Under the pieces are notes generated by a model. It had not been told where the DNA came from, searched no databases, and saw only the letters and a program-made list of their open reading frames with translations. The position numbers and the translations under genes are program-made. This document shows, in pieces, positions 9,842 to 20,065 of a stretch of 64,000 nucleotides of DNA. The stretch's first letter is position 1, and each line of letters starts with the position of its first letter. This DNA comes from an uncultured Bacteroidales bacterium (GTDB lineage Bacteria > Bacteroidota > Bacteroidia > Bacteroidales > FEN-979), in NCBI GenBank assembly GCA_903845055.1, contig CAIMWF010000147.1, positions 12,182 to 76,181 of the forward strand. The letters run 5' to 3'.

Positions 9842-10669
9842 TCATTTTATCAGTGATGTCATCGGGTTCCGCAGCCCCTTTGCTTCCTTAAGATAGGCCT
9901 TCACCGTTCCCACAATGATTTTGGCCTCAACGTAAACCGGGATCCTGTTTGCGTCGTCGGTGACCCAAACCAGCACATCTTCCTCCCCTTTGAAAATGGT
10001 CCCCTGGACCATCTTTGCAGCAAATTTAATGCACTTGTAATGCTTCCCGTCGGTGGTTTCCACCACTTCCCTGCCGATGTACCGGATGTAGATGTCGTAA
10101 TAGGCATCGTCGATGAGGACCGTCACCTTTTTTTTCACATCGGGACGGAAATCGGTAAAATCGAGGGTTCGGGTGTAATAGATGGAGGCAAGCATGTCAA
10201 AGGCACAGTTTCGCATGCGCAGGGTATCGGTACGCATCGGATTATTGTTGCTTTTGGTGTTTGAAATGATCCGGCGGGTCTGCTGGTCGAACCAGAGCGT
10301 GTTCAGCAGCGTGTATTTCCCTTCGTATATGTAGCGTTTGAAATTGTAGGTTTGGAACGTTTCCGGGTCGATCCAGGAATCATAATAATCGCGCACTTTG
10401 AAAAGTACATCGTATGAAGGAAAACTCTTGCCGGTGCTTTTCAGGTGCCAGGACTGTTTTCCCAGGTAGATCTCCTTTGTCACCGAGAAGGTTACCAGCC
10501 CGGCATCGACCCAAACCGGGCCCCAGTTGTAGGAAGCGGTATAGGAGATTTGCTCGCCGTCGCCGAAAACGGTGTTGGTGGCGGGGCACTGTGCATTCAG
10601 GGTTTGTGCAAATAACAGGAGCAGGGGGAATCCGTAATTTATAACCAGCAGTTTTCCGGGTAGTTTCAA
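9842..10669 (-). CDS. DUF3108 secreted protein
   Basis: Signal peptide; FGDGEQISY, FKVRDYYDS, VWVTDDANRIPV. Confidence 0.85.
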   Translation of the reverse strand: MKLPGKLLVINYGFPLLLLFAQTLNAQCPATNTVFGDGEQISYTASYNWGPVWVDAGLVTFSVTKEIYLGKQSWHLKSTGKSFPSYDVLFKVRDYYDSWIDPETFQTYNFKRYIYEGKYTLLNTLWFDQQTRRIISNTKSNNNPMRTDTLRMRNCAFDMLASIYYTRTLDFTDFRPDVKKKVTVLIDDAYYDIYIRYIGREVVETTDGKHYKCIKFAAKMVQGTIFKGEEDVLVWVTDDANRIPVYVEAKIIVGTVKAYLKEAKGLRNPMTSLIK

Positions 10670-10717
10670 GGTATGTAGCGCTTTAAGTCAGTGGTGGATG
10701 AACTTGCGATGCCGGGT

Positions 10718-12208
10718 TTATTTCTTCTTCCAAAGGAAGTATACCGGGATCCCCAACAGAACGATAATAAGGCCTGGCCAGGTATATTCGGGTTTGTAAA
10801 TAAGCAGAATGATCATTACAATCACCGCCAGGATGATGTATATCAGCGGGATGACAGGATATCCGAATGCCCTGTAGGGCCGCTCGAGCCCGGGTTGGTT
10901 GATGCGCAGCAGGAACAAACCGATGATCGTAAGGACATAGAATATCAGGACCGCAAAAACCACGTAGTCGAGCAACTGCCCGTAAGTGCCGGAAAGACAT
11001 AAAAGGCTCGCCCATATCCCCTGGATCGCGAGGCCGGTTGAAGGAACCCCTTTTGAATTCAGCGTGCCCACCTTTTTAAAGAAAATTTTGTCGGCAGCCA
11101 TTGCATAATAGACCCGCGCCCCTGCAAGGATGAGACCGTTGTTGCAGCCAAAGGTGGAGATTACGATGAAACCGGCCATGATAAGCACCGCGTAGTTGCC
11201 GAAGATGCCCGAAATAGAGGCAGTCCCCAGCCGGTCGTTCACCGCGAACTGCATGCCCCGCGCTGCTATATCGGCACCATGTGGATCACCCCTGACCGGC
11301 AGTGCAGTGAGATATACCACGTTCGCCAGCAGGTAAAGGATGGTTACGGCAAGGGTGCCGAGGAATAGGCTCAGGGGGATGTTTTTTCGCGGGTTGATCA
11401 CTTCGCCTGCCGTAAAGGTGATGTTATTCCAGGCATCCGATGAGAAGAGACTCCCCACCATGGCCATGCCGATGGCGGCAACGATGGCCATGCCTGCCAG
11501 CGGGATGTGTTGCCCGTCGGGGGTGGCATGTTCGGGACTCCAGAATACCTGGCTGTTGAGATGCATGGTTGAGGAACTGGAGGCAAAAGCAAGCCCGACG
11601 ATGATGAACAATACCAGCAGGACAAACTTACCCGAAGTAAAGGCATTCTGAATCTTCTTTCCTTCCTGGACCCCGCGTGTGTTCACCCAGGTCAGGAAGG
11701 CAATGGAACCGATGGCTACCAGCTGGACTGGTCCGAATTTGACAAAGCCCAGGTCGAAATGTTTCAAGGTGAACATCCCAAAATCCACCGGGCCAAAGTT
11801 GACGGATTTGAGGCTGAACCAGACGACCGACTCGGAAACCCACGGCACCAGGACGCCGGTGAATTTGGCAAAAGCCATCCCCACGGCTGCGATGGTCCCA
11901 GCCTGGATCACCAGGAAGAGGGTCCATCCGTATAAAAAGCCGGTGAGCGGGTTGTAGGCCTCCCTGAGATAGACATATTGTCCACCGGCCCTGGGGAACA
12001 TCCCTGCCAACTCGCCATAGCTGAGGGCTGCAAAAATGGTCATAAAACCGGTTATCAGCCAAACGGTCATGATCCAGCCGGGTGAGCCGACCATCCGTGC
12101 GATATCGGCGCTGACGATGAAGATCCCCGATCCGATCATGGAACCCACGACAATCGCCGTGGAGTCGAAAAGCGTCAGCCTGCGCTGGAATTCATGTTCA
12201 TTGCTCAT
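10718..12208 (-). CDS. APC-family amino acid permease
   Basis: VGSMIGSGIF, YGELAGMFP.AGG.Y.YL, RPYRAFGYP; ~12 TMs. Confidence 0.92.
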   Translation of the reverse strand: MSNEHEFQRRLTLFDSTAIVVGSMIGSGIFIVSADIARMVGSPGWIMTVWLITGFMTIFAALSYGELAGMFPRAGGQYVYLREAYNPLTGFLYGWTLFLVIQAGTIAAVGMAFAKFTGVLVPWVSESVVWFSLKSVNFGPVDFGMFTLKHFDLGFVKFGPVQLVAIGSIAFLTWVNTRGVQEGKKIQNAFTSGKFVLLVLFIIVGLAFASSSSTMHLNSQVFWSPEHATPDGQHIPLAGMAIVAAIGMAMVGSLFSSDAWNNITFTAGEVINPRKNIPLSLFLGTLAVTILYLLANVVYLTALPVRGDPHGADIAARGMQFAVNDRLGTASISGIFGNYAVLIMAGFIVISTFGCNNGLILAGARVYYAMAADKIFFKKVGTLNSKGVPSTGLAIQGIWASLLCLSGTYGQLLDYVVFAVLIFYVLTIIGLFLLRINQPGLERPYRAFGYPVIPLIYIILAVIVMIILLIYKPEYTWPGLIIVLLGIPVYFLWKKK

Positions 12209-12238
12209 GGGAATGGCTTTTATATGACACGCAATGCT

Positions 12239-12695
12239 TCACATGTCCAGTGTCATGGTATTTCCTTCGCAATTTATGGGAATTTTTGATACATGGGGCA
12301 AGGTATTGTAATAATACCTGATCGTGATGTTCAGGTTCAGGGGTTCCATGGTTAACCTGAATTTTGAGTCGTCATAACCGGGTGAGCCAAAATGGCCCCT
12401 GACATTGTTTGAAACACCGACTCCCTCCCTGGGAATCCCCAGGAGGTTTGTGTCCATCTTGCCGATGCCATTCTCATCGTGAATAACGGCAATGGCATAT
12501 TCGCCATCAGGAACATCTTTGAAAACAAGGGTGGACCTGCCATTAAAAACAGGCCCTGTCACGCTTTTGATGGCTTTACCGGGTTCATTCGGAAATCCCT
12601 TTTTGTGGTTGTACAGGTAAACCTGGCATTTGCCCTTGTCTGATCGTAGCCCGCCGACGTTTACGGTGATGTCGCTATGCTGCGAATATGCGCTT
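12239..12695 (-). pseudogene. DUF2141 gene lacking start codon and signal peptide
   Basis: The frame extends upstream of the track ORF as SAYSQHSDITVNVGGLRSDKGKCQVYLYN..GEYAIAVIHDENG..MDTNLLGIPREGVGVSNN. No ATG/GTG/TTG occurs before an in-frame TGA, and the 5' end abuts a repeat. Confidence 0.65.
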
Positions 12696-12725
12696 TCACC
12701 ATTTCGCCAATTCGCTATTTTGCTT

Positions 12726-14531
12726 TTACTGGAAAGTCATCCATCTTCCGGCACCATGGAATATCGTATGACTATGGAGATACGTGAAATGAGAAGTGCT
12801 GTTATGAATAATTGATTTTACAAGAGTACCTGTATTCAGATCATATATTTTATAAAAATTGTCATCCTCCGTCATGATCTGGTAATCGTTATAATCAACA
12901 CTGAACTCCATGAATCCGGGGAAAGGCACACTGAGTTCGGTGCTTTTGGTAACAAGATTATAAATGTCATATCCCGTCGGGCGGATGAGCACAACCTTGT
13001 CGGGCTGATCAGCCATGAACTCCAGGGTGCTGAACCCGACATCGCCGATATTGAATATCTCGGTGAAAGTACCTCCCGAAAATCTGTAGATCCGGTTTTT
13101 GTATTCAGTATAAACATAAACATAATCCCCGGCCCCCGAGATCTGGCACTGGTTTAGCGTGCCATTTGTCATGGAAAGGGTGCCGAGCAACTGGTTATGA
13201 ACAACATCAATCAGTTTGAGGTTGCTAAAACCGTTCATGACCGTCATCCTGCCGTTATCCGAAACATCAAAGTCATTCACATCTGCTACCGGCAGAAAAT
13301 CACTGATCAAAACGGAAAGGTCCTGCCCGTTTGTAACATTGTATAGATGAAACCTGTTGTCGCGCATTGTCAGGACATACCTGTTGTTTGCCGAAACAGA
13401 AAACCTTCCGTCGGAGCAATAGATGCTGTCCACCTTTTGACGGGTTAATGCGGAATAACGATAGAGGTAGTTCTCGTTATCCTCGTGCAGGTAAATGTCA
13501 TTTCCGCGGGGTGATTCGCACTCGTCAAAGGGATGAATAGGATTTCCCGGCCTGTAAGTAACCCCGTAACCGAACTCCTCCATTTCCAGTTCGGGAGGAA
13601 TATATTGTAAGTTCACCTTCGGAAGATGGGTGACATAGATATCGATCGATCCGGGAAAACCCAGGTCAAGGGTTGATTGAACCGTATCGTTGATATCCGT
13701 GATCTCCTTTAGCAGGATGCTGTTGCCATAGCTTTTTTTCTTGCGTATCCTGTAACTCCCGAAATTCTGATAATACCGGTTTTTATTCCATTGAATGACC
13801 GGTCGGCCATTTGCGTCACTGTAAACTTGATGGGGTGTTAATTCATTCGGTTTATTGGCTGATCCGGAGCCGGAGAAAAACAATCCAGCTGAATCACCCG
13901 TTTGGTACCCCGTAAGCGTATAATAGGCATTTTCACCAACATAGCTATGGTCTGAAAATACCATCTCACCATTACCAGTTGCCGTTACCGAATCTACCCT
14001 GACTTCGGTGTTGCTGTAATTATAGAATTTTGTTACCGCAAGCGCTTTTATCTGCAGTATCTTGTTAAATGATCCTGCCAGTGTGCCGTTTTTTTCAGCC
14101 AGAAGCGGTTCCGGGATAGGTGTAAACCCTGTAAACCGTATCACAACCTGGCGCTGGTTGATATTGGTGCCACTAAGCAGGATCTGGTTCAAGGTCTGGT
14201 TTGACGCTCCCCCGAAAATTTCAAACCTGGTATTGTAGGATCCGGTGGTTAAAAAAAGCCTGTCAACTGATATGTAAAAAGTGCCGTTATAACTGGAATC
14301 TTTTAACATCAGAACGCCCTGGCTGAAAACCTTCACCGCATATTTCTGGAATTGTGCACCGCCAATCCTGACGTTCAGAACAGAATGAAAATTCACCTGT
14401 ATGGTATCGGCATTATCAGGAAAATTATTGATCGTAATCCCGGAGGAGCTTTTATTCCCGGGCTCGGTGCCGGGTTTGGTGCATGAAACTGCAACCAGGA
14501 TAATCATAAGAAACTCGAATAAGCGTTTCAT
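12726..14531 (-). CDS. Lipoprotein, predicted C-terminal beta-propeller
   Basis: 601 aa; lipobox ILVAVS-C; repeated beta-rich blades in the C-terminal half. Confidence 0.7.
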   Translation of the reverse strand: MKRLFEFLMIILVAVSCTKPGTEPGNKSSSGITINNFPDNADTIQVNFHSVLNVRIGGAQFQKYAVKVFSQGVLMLKDSSYNGTFYISVDRLFLTTGSYNTRFEIFGGASNQTLNQILLSGTNINQRQVVIRFTGFTPIPEPLLAEKNGTLAGSFNKILQIKALAVTKFYNYSNTEVRVDSVTATGNGEMVFSDHSYVGENAYYTLTGYQTGDSAGLFFSGSGSANKPNELTPHQVYSDANGRPVIQWNKNRYYQNFGSYRIRKKKSYGNSILLKEITDINDTVQSTLDLGFPGSIDIYVTHLPKVNLQYIPPELEMEEFGYGVTYRPGNPIHPFDECESPRGNDIYLHEDNENYLYRYSALTRQKVDSIYCSDGRFSVSANNRYVLTMRDNRFHLYNVTNGQDLSVLISDFLPVADVNDFDVSDNGRMTVMNGFSNLKLIDVVHNQLLGTLSMTNGTLNQCQISGAGDYVYVYTEYKNRIYRFSGGTFTEIFNIGDVGFSTLEFMADQPDKVVLIRPTGYDIYNLVTKSTELSVPFPGFMEFSVDYNDYQIMTEDDNFYKIYDLNTGTLVKSIIHNSTSHFTYLHSHTIFHGAGRWMTFQ

Positions 14532-14794
14532 TCAGAGCTGTATTTAGGTTCAAACAAATCTAGTAATTGTTTTTCGTATAACAAAACAAGATATTGTTTT
14601 AACCGGTATCTCCGACAGCACACACCCGGATCAATATTGCCAAAAACTTCCAGGGTAACCTATCACTGGTTCGGGCTTCTTTGAAAAAAGGGAATACCAT
14701 GTGATGAAAAATCAGTCATCCGACACAAAAGTTAAATACGGAATTCAGAACTGCTAACACAGTGAACATTGCATTAATTGCGTTTGATGCCGAA

Positions 14795-14894
14795 ATATGG
14801 TAAAATGCAAAATGGCGAAGCAGTTTTCACCATTTCCCATTTGCCTTGTAGGGGGATCGAGCGTTGAACTCGATACCCCCGGGTTATGAATCCG
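14795..14894 (-). repeat. Degenerate copy of the tRNA-Met 3' portion plus its downstream flank (distal att site)
   Basis: 14847-14894 matches 25302-25349 at 44/48 nt; flank atggtaaaatgcaaaatggcgaagcagttttcaccattt also resembles 25236-25274. Confidence 0.85.
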
Positions 14895-15582
14895 GCTCGT
14901 AAAATTTTATTTATATGTAACAACAAGTATTTCAGTTCAGTGTGAGTGTGATTTTGTCCAACTCCTTATCTCACCCCCAAAAACCTCCCTTTTACCTTAC
15001 CTCATTCCTTACCTCGATTGAATGGAATATTCAGTATTTGTTCTTCCGCTCCAATGGTTCAGGTAAAGTAGTTAATACATTATGGTTCCAAACCATAAAG
15101 GTTATCGCTAAAAGTCCAAATCTTTCTTTATCAATACTTTCATCAAGCTTAAAAACTTTAATTCTTTTCCCTGTTTCCCTAACCTCTGCATTTCTCACAT
15201 GACGCATCCGTTCATACATATATTGTCTTTCCTTAAACTTACCTTATTTCCATTTGCAACTATAACTTGATCTGACAATATGTCTAATGATTTGTCGTAG
15301 AGTGAAATAGCCTTAAAAAATGGGTAAAAATTATTGGAATGATGATTATTCCATGCCTTTATTTGTCATTATTTTATTGATCTATAAATCGTTAACATGG
15401 AGAGTAAATTAAACTATCAGAAATACAGCAACTTGGAAATAATTTAGAATAAATATAGGAAAACTCTTGCTTTTTGATAATTTTTATTTCTACTTTAGCC
15501 TACAATTTACCTAATATTTTAAAGTAATTAATTATTTGTTAAGTTTTCCTTATTCAATAATGTTTAACCAAATTTTAAAACC

Positions 15583-16353
15583 ATGAAAAAAATCATTCTC
15601 TTTCTGGCGCTGATATTTGCCTCTACACTAGTTTTTGCCCAAATACAGCCAATAAACAATCCTAACATAAAGGCAACTATTACAAAAGGACAGGCCATTG
15701 CCAATAAGCATAACAGCCCTGACGCCCCCGCAAGTACAATAGTTCTTAATTTTGAAGGATTGACAAATAATGAATCCATTGATCATTATTATGATGGCGG
15801 ACCGCCTGCAGGTGGTACGAATTATGGAGTGTATTTTAGTAATGATCCCAATAACTCACAGGCTTTGGCAATTGTTGCAACAACGTCCGGTGGTACAGGT
15901 AATTTCTGTAATAATCCTTCAGGAAATACAATAATGTACTTCTTAACAGGAAATGCCGCAATAATGAATGTCCCTGCGGGATTTACAACTGGTTTTTCGT
16001 TTTATTACAGTACCGCCCAACCAATGACTATTAATGTCTATGATGGACTTGAGGGATCCGGAAATTTACTTATGACAGCAAATTATCCTGCCCAAAACAA
16101 TGTTGGTTGCACGTGCAACACATATTGTAATTGGACCCCGGTTGGCGTTTCTTTTGCCGGGACAGCAAGGTCCGTTGCATTTGTGGGTGCTGCAAACTAT
16201 TGTGGATTCGATGATGTGACTTTCGGAAGTGCAACACCTGGTAATGGTGGTACAATCCCAACTGTTTCCCAATGGGGATTAATCATCCTTGGTTTTCTGT
16301 TCCTTGCAATTGGCACCATTGTTATCCTGAGATGGAGGGGTGCTTCTGCCTGA
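15583..16353 (+). CDS. Secreted protein with IPTL-CTERM (IPTxxxWG) sorting signal
   Basis: Signal peptide; C-terminus IPTVSQWGLIILGFLFLAIGTIVILRWR (motif, TM helix, basic residues). Confidence 0.85.
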   Translation: MKKIILFLALIFASTLVFAQIQPINNPNIKATITKGQAIANKHNSPDAPASTIVLNFEGLTNNESIDHYYDGGPPAGGTNYGVYFSNDPNNSQALAIVATTSGGTGNFCNNPSGNTIMYFLTGNAAIMNVPAGFTTGFSFYYSTAQPMTINVYDGLEGSGNLLMTANYPAQNNVGCTCNTYCNWTPVGVSFAGTARSVAFVGAANYCGFDDVTFGSATPGNGGTIPTVSQWGLIILGFLFLAIGTIVILRWRGASA

Positions 16354-16809
16354 TCCGACTTAATTTATCTGTCGTCTTATTTTTCTTATTAACTCTTACC
16401 GGAGTTGGGGGAATTTATAGGTACGGACTTTTCCCAGGGAAAAAAACGTAGCAAAAAGCAGGGCAAAACTTTCGCATTCACTGGAATGCGGTTGCTATGG
16501 CAGGATAAACGCACTTTTTTTTCATGCTGGGCTTTGTCCTGCTTATTCCATTACGGTGATGCCACCGTAGTTACAGATATTTAACCGTGATGTTCATTAT
16601 TCTCGGAGGATTTATCAGATTTGAGAGGACAATAGAATCAGGATTGTGTTGAAAGATAGAGAATATGGCGCGCTGGTGTGACGGTCGAAAAGCCGGACCA
16701 TCTGACCGCCCTCCGCCGGTTTTGATTGACCACCTTAATTTATTGACAATCTGTAATATTAAATGATTTGGCTGTTCCGGCGCAGCCTGGTCAAAGCGAA
16801 TATTTTTTC

Positions 16810-17001
16810 CACTTTACACTTTGCGTAAAAAAGTCGCAGACTTCACTTTTATAATTTGGGAGAGGGATTTAATCGCTGACTTAATAATTTTATGTTCGAC
16901 AAGCCGAAACCCTTTATTCCCTGGTCAATTGAAAGCAAAAGTAACGTGATTATAACTTCTTTCCAAAATTATTCCGGGGTTTTCTAATCTTATCTTTTAA
17001 C
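16810..17001. repeat. ~190-bp non-coding repeat, copy 1; contains a leftward promoter
   Basis: Colinear with 20066-20256; minus-strand TTTG (16964-16967)-N20-TACTTTTG (16936-16943). Confidence 0.85.
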
Positions 17002-17061
17002 GTCGAATGTTGTTCCCTGAACATTTTTTGAAAAATGATTATCTTTGTAAAAAGTCGGACA

Positions 17062-17247
17062 ATGAAGACAACTCATCTTCCAAAAGATTTAACCACTAAA
17101 AAGAACACAAACTGGGCTTTACCTGACCAGGCAGTTTCTATCGATGACTTCAAGGCTGAAATAAAAAAAGCCGAGCAAGGCCCGTTTATTAATCCGGATG
17201 AATTTGAGCAACGGTTTGAAGAATGGAAACTCAGGAGAGGCCTGTAA
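17062..17247 (+). CDS. Putative antitoxin of a ParE/RelE pair
   Basis: 61 aa; overlaps the downstream toxin; IKKAEQGPFINPDEFEQRFEEW; TATCTTTG promoter at 17040. Confidence 0.65.
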   Translation: MKTTHLPKDLTTKKNTNWALPDQAVSIDDFKAEIKKAEQGPFINPDEFEQRFEEWKLRRGL

Positions 17248-17555
17248 TCATTTCAATCCTTGCTGAAACTGACATACAAAACATCTATTTGTATGGCGTC
17301 GAAACATTTGGCAAGAACGCTGCGGAAACTTTCAAGGCTGAACTGCTTTTCATGATCCGTGCACTCAGGAACCTTTATGAAATTCATCCGGAATGCAGGT
17401 TTCTTGTAACAAAAAGCCGGATGTACAGAAATATCATTTTTGGTTCATATCTGGTCATCTGCCGAATTACTCCAACTCGCATTGAAATCCTTAAAGCTAT
17501 AAGTTCTCGAATGAGCATTTCAAGATTAAGGACTGCCAGGAAGATAAAACCCTGA
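17223..17555 (+). CDS. Type II toxin, RelE/ParE family
   Basis: IISILAETDIQNIYLYGVETFGKNAA...YRNIIFGSYLVICR..IEILK. Confidence 0.8.
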   Translation: METQERPVIISILAETDIQNIYLYGVETFGKNAAETFKAELLFMIRALRNLYEIHPECRFLVTKSRMYRNIIFGSYLVICRITPTRIEILKAISSRMSISRLRTARKIKP

Positions 17556-17587
17556 GCAAAAATATTGATATTGCTTAGATTAATATA

Positions 17588-19651
17588 ATGAAAGTCAATT
17601 GGACCTCATTCAAGCTTTTAACACTTATAACGATAATATTAAATATCTCCGGTTCCGGCTATGCTCAATGGAAGCAAATATCTGAACCTTACGGTGGTAC
17701 CATACAATCTGTTGTGATTTCAGGCAACCAACTGTTCGCCGGGGGAGGTAACCTTTACGTATCTAATGATTATGGTCATACCTGGGAGATCGACAGTGCC
17801 TTCCCGGGCCATTCCATCAACGTTCTGCTGGTGAAAAATAATTCGATTTTTGCGGTAACCGGAGAACAATTGTACCGCTCTGACGACCAGGGCCTGAACT
17901 GGATTCTACTTAACTTCCCTGCAAGCAATGGAGGCATCATCTTCTTGGCCCGGATGAACAGTACTTTGATCGCCTGTACGAACCCGTACCATCCATCATC
18001 GGGATTTTATCGTTCGGAGGACAACGGGGAGACATGGACCCTGCCTGCAAAGAAACCGCCCGAACAGAATTACAGGGGGATATTCCCCATCGGGCAGACA
18101 ATATACGCATGTGGTTACGACGGAATCTACCAATCCATCGATGAGGGCCTTCACTGGGAGGTTTTTTCCAGTTCAATTAACATCTCTTGTGTGATAGTAA
18201 GGGCCAACAACCGCCTGATCGTCGCCAAAACGGGATACTGCCTCCGGTCTTATGACGGCGTTAGCTGGGACAGTATAATGAACAATTTGGCCTATCCGAC
18301 CTGCATGTTGGTGCTCGATTCCGTAAACGGCGACCGGCAGAAATTGCTTATGGGGACGGGGACAGGATTGTTCATGTCAGGGGATGACGGAACCACATGG
18401 GATCCGGTCGCTGATGTCAACCGCAGTAATGGTCATATTTATTGCCTGAATGGGGCTGACTCATCGCTGTTTGCTGCCACATCAAGCGATGGAATTCTGC
18501 GATCATCTGACAAGGGAAGTACTTGGGAAATTGCGAATTCCGGTATACAGGAACGGCTTTATGACTTTGTCGCCGCCAGCGGGAACAATGTTGCAGTGGT
18601 GGAACAAAATCATCAGGCGATCTTCGTATCAACGGATCGGGGATTGACATGGAAATTCCAAGGTATTGAAGGTGAGCTTTATTCGGGTTGGGTCAACGGA
18701 GTGATGATCCAGGACGACTGGCTGTTTGTATCATCTTGCAGAGGACTCTACCGGAAGAAAATCTCCGATCCGGCGTGGGAGAGGCTTATGCCGGATTCAT
18801 GCTTTCATCACCTGGCAAAATCCGGCAACTTGTTGTATGTTGCAACGTGGTGGGTCATGTTAAAGTCGGAGGACCATGGCGATTCATGGAAAGTATGCAA
18901 CCAGGGAAAGGTTCTGCCCGGTGCAATTGGCCTGTCGGCCATTGGTAATACAGTGGTCACCGTGGCGAATATCGGTGGGGTCCACGATACAGTAATGGTA
19001 TCTACCGATTTGGGAGAACATTTTCTATCAACATCGCTTTATTTCTGGTTCGATGAAGGATTGGCCATGACCCATGACAGTTTTGCATTTTACATCGCAT
19101 CATCGCACGGGATTTACCGATCCAAAAATAATGGTGCGGTCTGGGAACTGGCATCGGATACCTCCCTCTGGTATTTCAACGCGATGACCGCTGACGCAGG
19201 GCACCTTTATATCTCAACCCGTGACGGTGTTATCCGTTCCGGTGACAGGGGAAATTCGTGGACACCGTATAATGAAGGTTTGCCGGGCGATCGCGTTTTT
19301 GATATGGCTATCGCGGAAGACACTTTGTACGCCATTGGATCTTCAACCTACGCGGGGTTCGGAATCTGCAAACGATCTGCCTGGCCTGTTGGAATTCGGT
19401 TTTTGAGTAAAAACCAATCCGGAATCAGAATCAGTCCGAATCCCACTGATACTAAGTTAAGAATGACTATCCAAGGGTGGGATAATTGCTTGATACCTTA
19501 TTGCATCTATGATACGAAAGGAAACGTACAGAAAAATGGTATATCAAATACAGTTGGAGAAATTACTGTTGAGGACATAATTCCAGGCATGTATTTGTTA
19601 TATGTCAGTCTTCAGAATCGGAATTATACCATTCCATTCATCAAAAATTAA
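17588..19651 (+). CDS. T9SS-secreted BNR/Asp-box repeat beta-propeller protein
   Basis: Repeated S.D.G.TW; CTD IRISPNP...IYDTKG...PGMYLL...FIK. Confidence 0.85.
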   Translation: MKVNWTSFKLLTLITIILNISGSGYAQWKQISEPYGGTIQSVVISGNQLFAGGGNLYVSNDYGHTWEIDSAFPGHSINVLLVKNNSIFAVTGEQLYRSDDQGLNWILLNFPASNGGIIFLARMNSTLIACTNPYHPSSGFYRSEDNGETWTLPAKKPPEQNYRGIFPIGQTIYACGYDGIYQSIDEGLHWEVFSSSINISCVIVRANNRLIVAKTGYCLRSYDGVSWDSIMNNLAYPTCMLVLDSVNGDRQKLLMGTGTGLFMSGDDGTTWDPVADVNRSNGHIYCLNGADSSLFAATSSDGILRSSDKGSTWEIANSGIQERLYDFVAASGNNVAVVEQNHQAIFVSTDRGLTWKFQGIEGELYSGWVNGVMIQDDWLFVSSCRGLYRKKISDPAWERLMPDSCFHHLAKSGNLLYVATWWVMLKSEDHGDSWKVCNQGKVLPGAIGLSAIGNTVVTVANIGGVHDTVMVSTDLGEHFLSTSLYFWFDEGLAMTHDSFAFYIASSHGIYRSKNNGAVWELASDTSLWYFNAMTADAGHLYISTRDGVIRSGDRGNSWTPYNEGLPGDRVFDMAIAEDTLYAIGSSTYAGFGICKRSAWPVGIRFLSKNQSGIRISPNPTDTKLRMTIQGWDNCLIPYCIYDTKGNVQKNGISNTVGEITVEDIIPGMYLLYVSLQNRNYTIPFIKN

Positions 19652-19818
19652 TTTCGTTGTAGGAATTAATAGGGTTGAAAAGGAATGATAATCCAACATA
19701 TATCCTTATAATCTAACAGATTGTAACTTTATTATAAAATAAAATCTTCGCAGGTCAAAGTATGCAATATTAGCAGAAATCAGGAATTTAGAAACACATT
19801 TTGTCGCAATTCAACATA

Positions 19819-19865
19819 AAAAATACCCACAATATATTGATGGACAATAAATTGTGGGTATTTTT
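19819..19865. terminator. Inverted repeat / intrinsic terminator next to the internal tRNA fragment
   Basis: aaaaatacccacaat ... attgtgggtattttt (15-bp arms). Confidence 0.6.
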
Positions 19866-19882
19866 GTAGCGGGATCGAGAGT
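19865..19882 (-). repeat. 18-bp exact copy of the tRNA-Met 3' end (internal att core)
   Basis: tgtagcgggatcgagagt is identical to 25302-25319; flanked by ttttgtcgca repeats near 19799, 19960 and 19972. Confidence 0.85.
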
Positions 19883-20065
19883 ATACAGATAAAAACTATA
19901 TACTGATAATCAATTAGTTGAAAATCAAAAATACCCCTTTTATAGTGCTTTTCAGGTGGTTTTGTCGCAGTTTTTGTCGCAAAAGTGCAACGAATTTTCG
20001 TTGTAACATCTCCTTTCCCGGTCTTCGGATCCAGAGTTTTTAAAACGTCATAGTAACGTGGTTTA

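Noticed and set aside
14847-14894. Second tRNA-Met gene
   Set aside because: Lacks the 5' acceptor strand and D arm and has mismatches; it is an att remnant.
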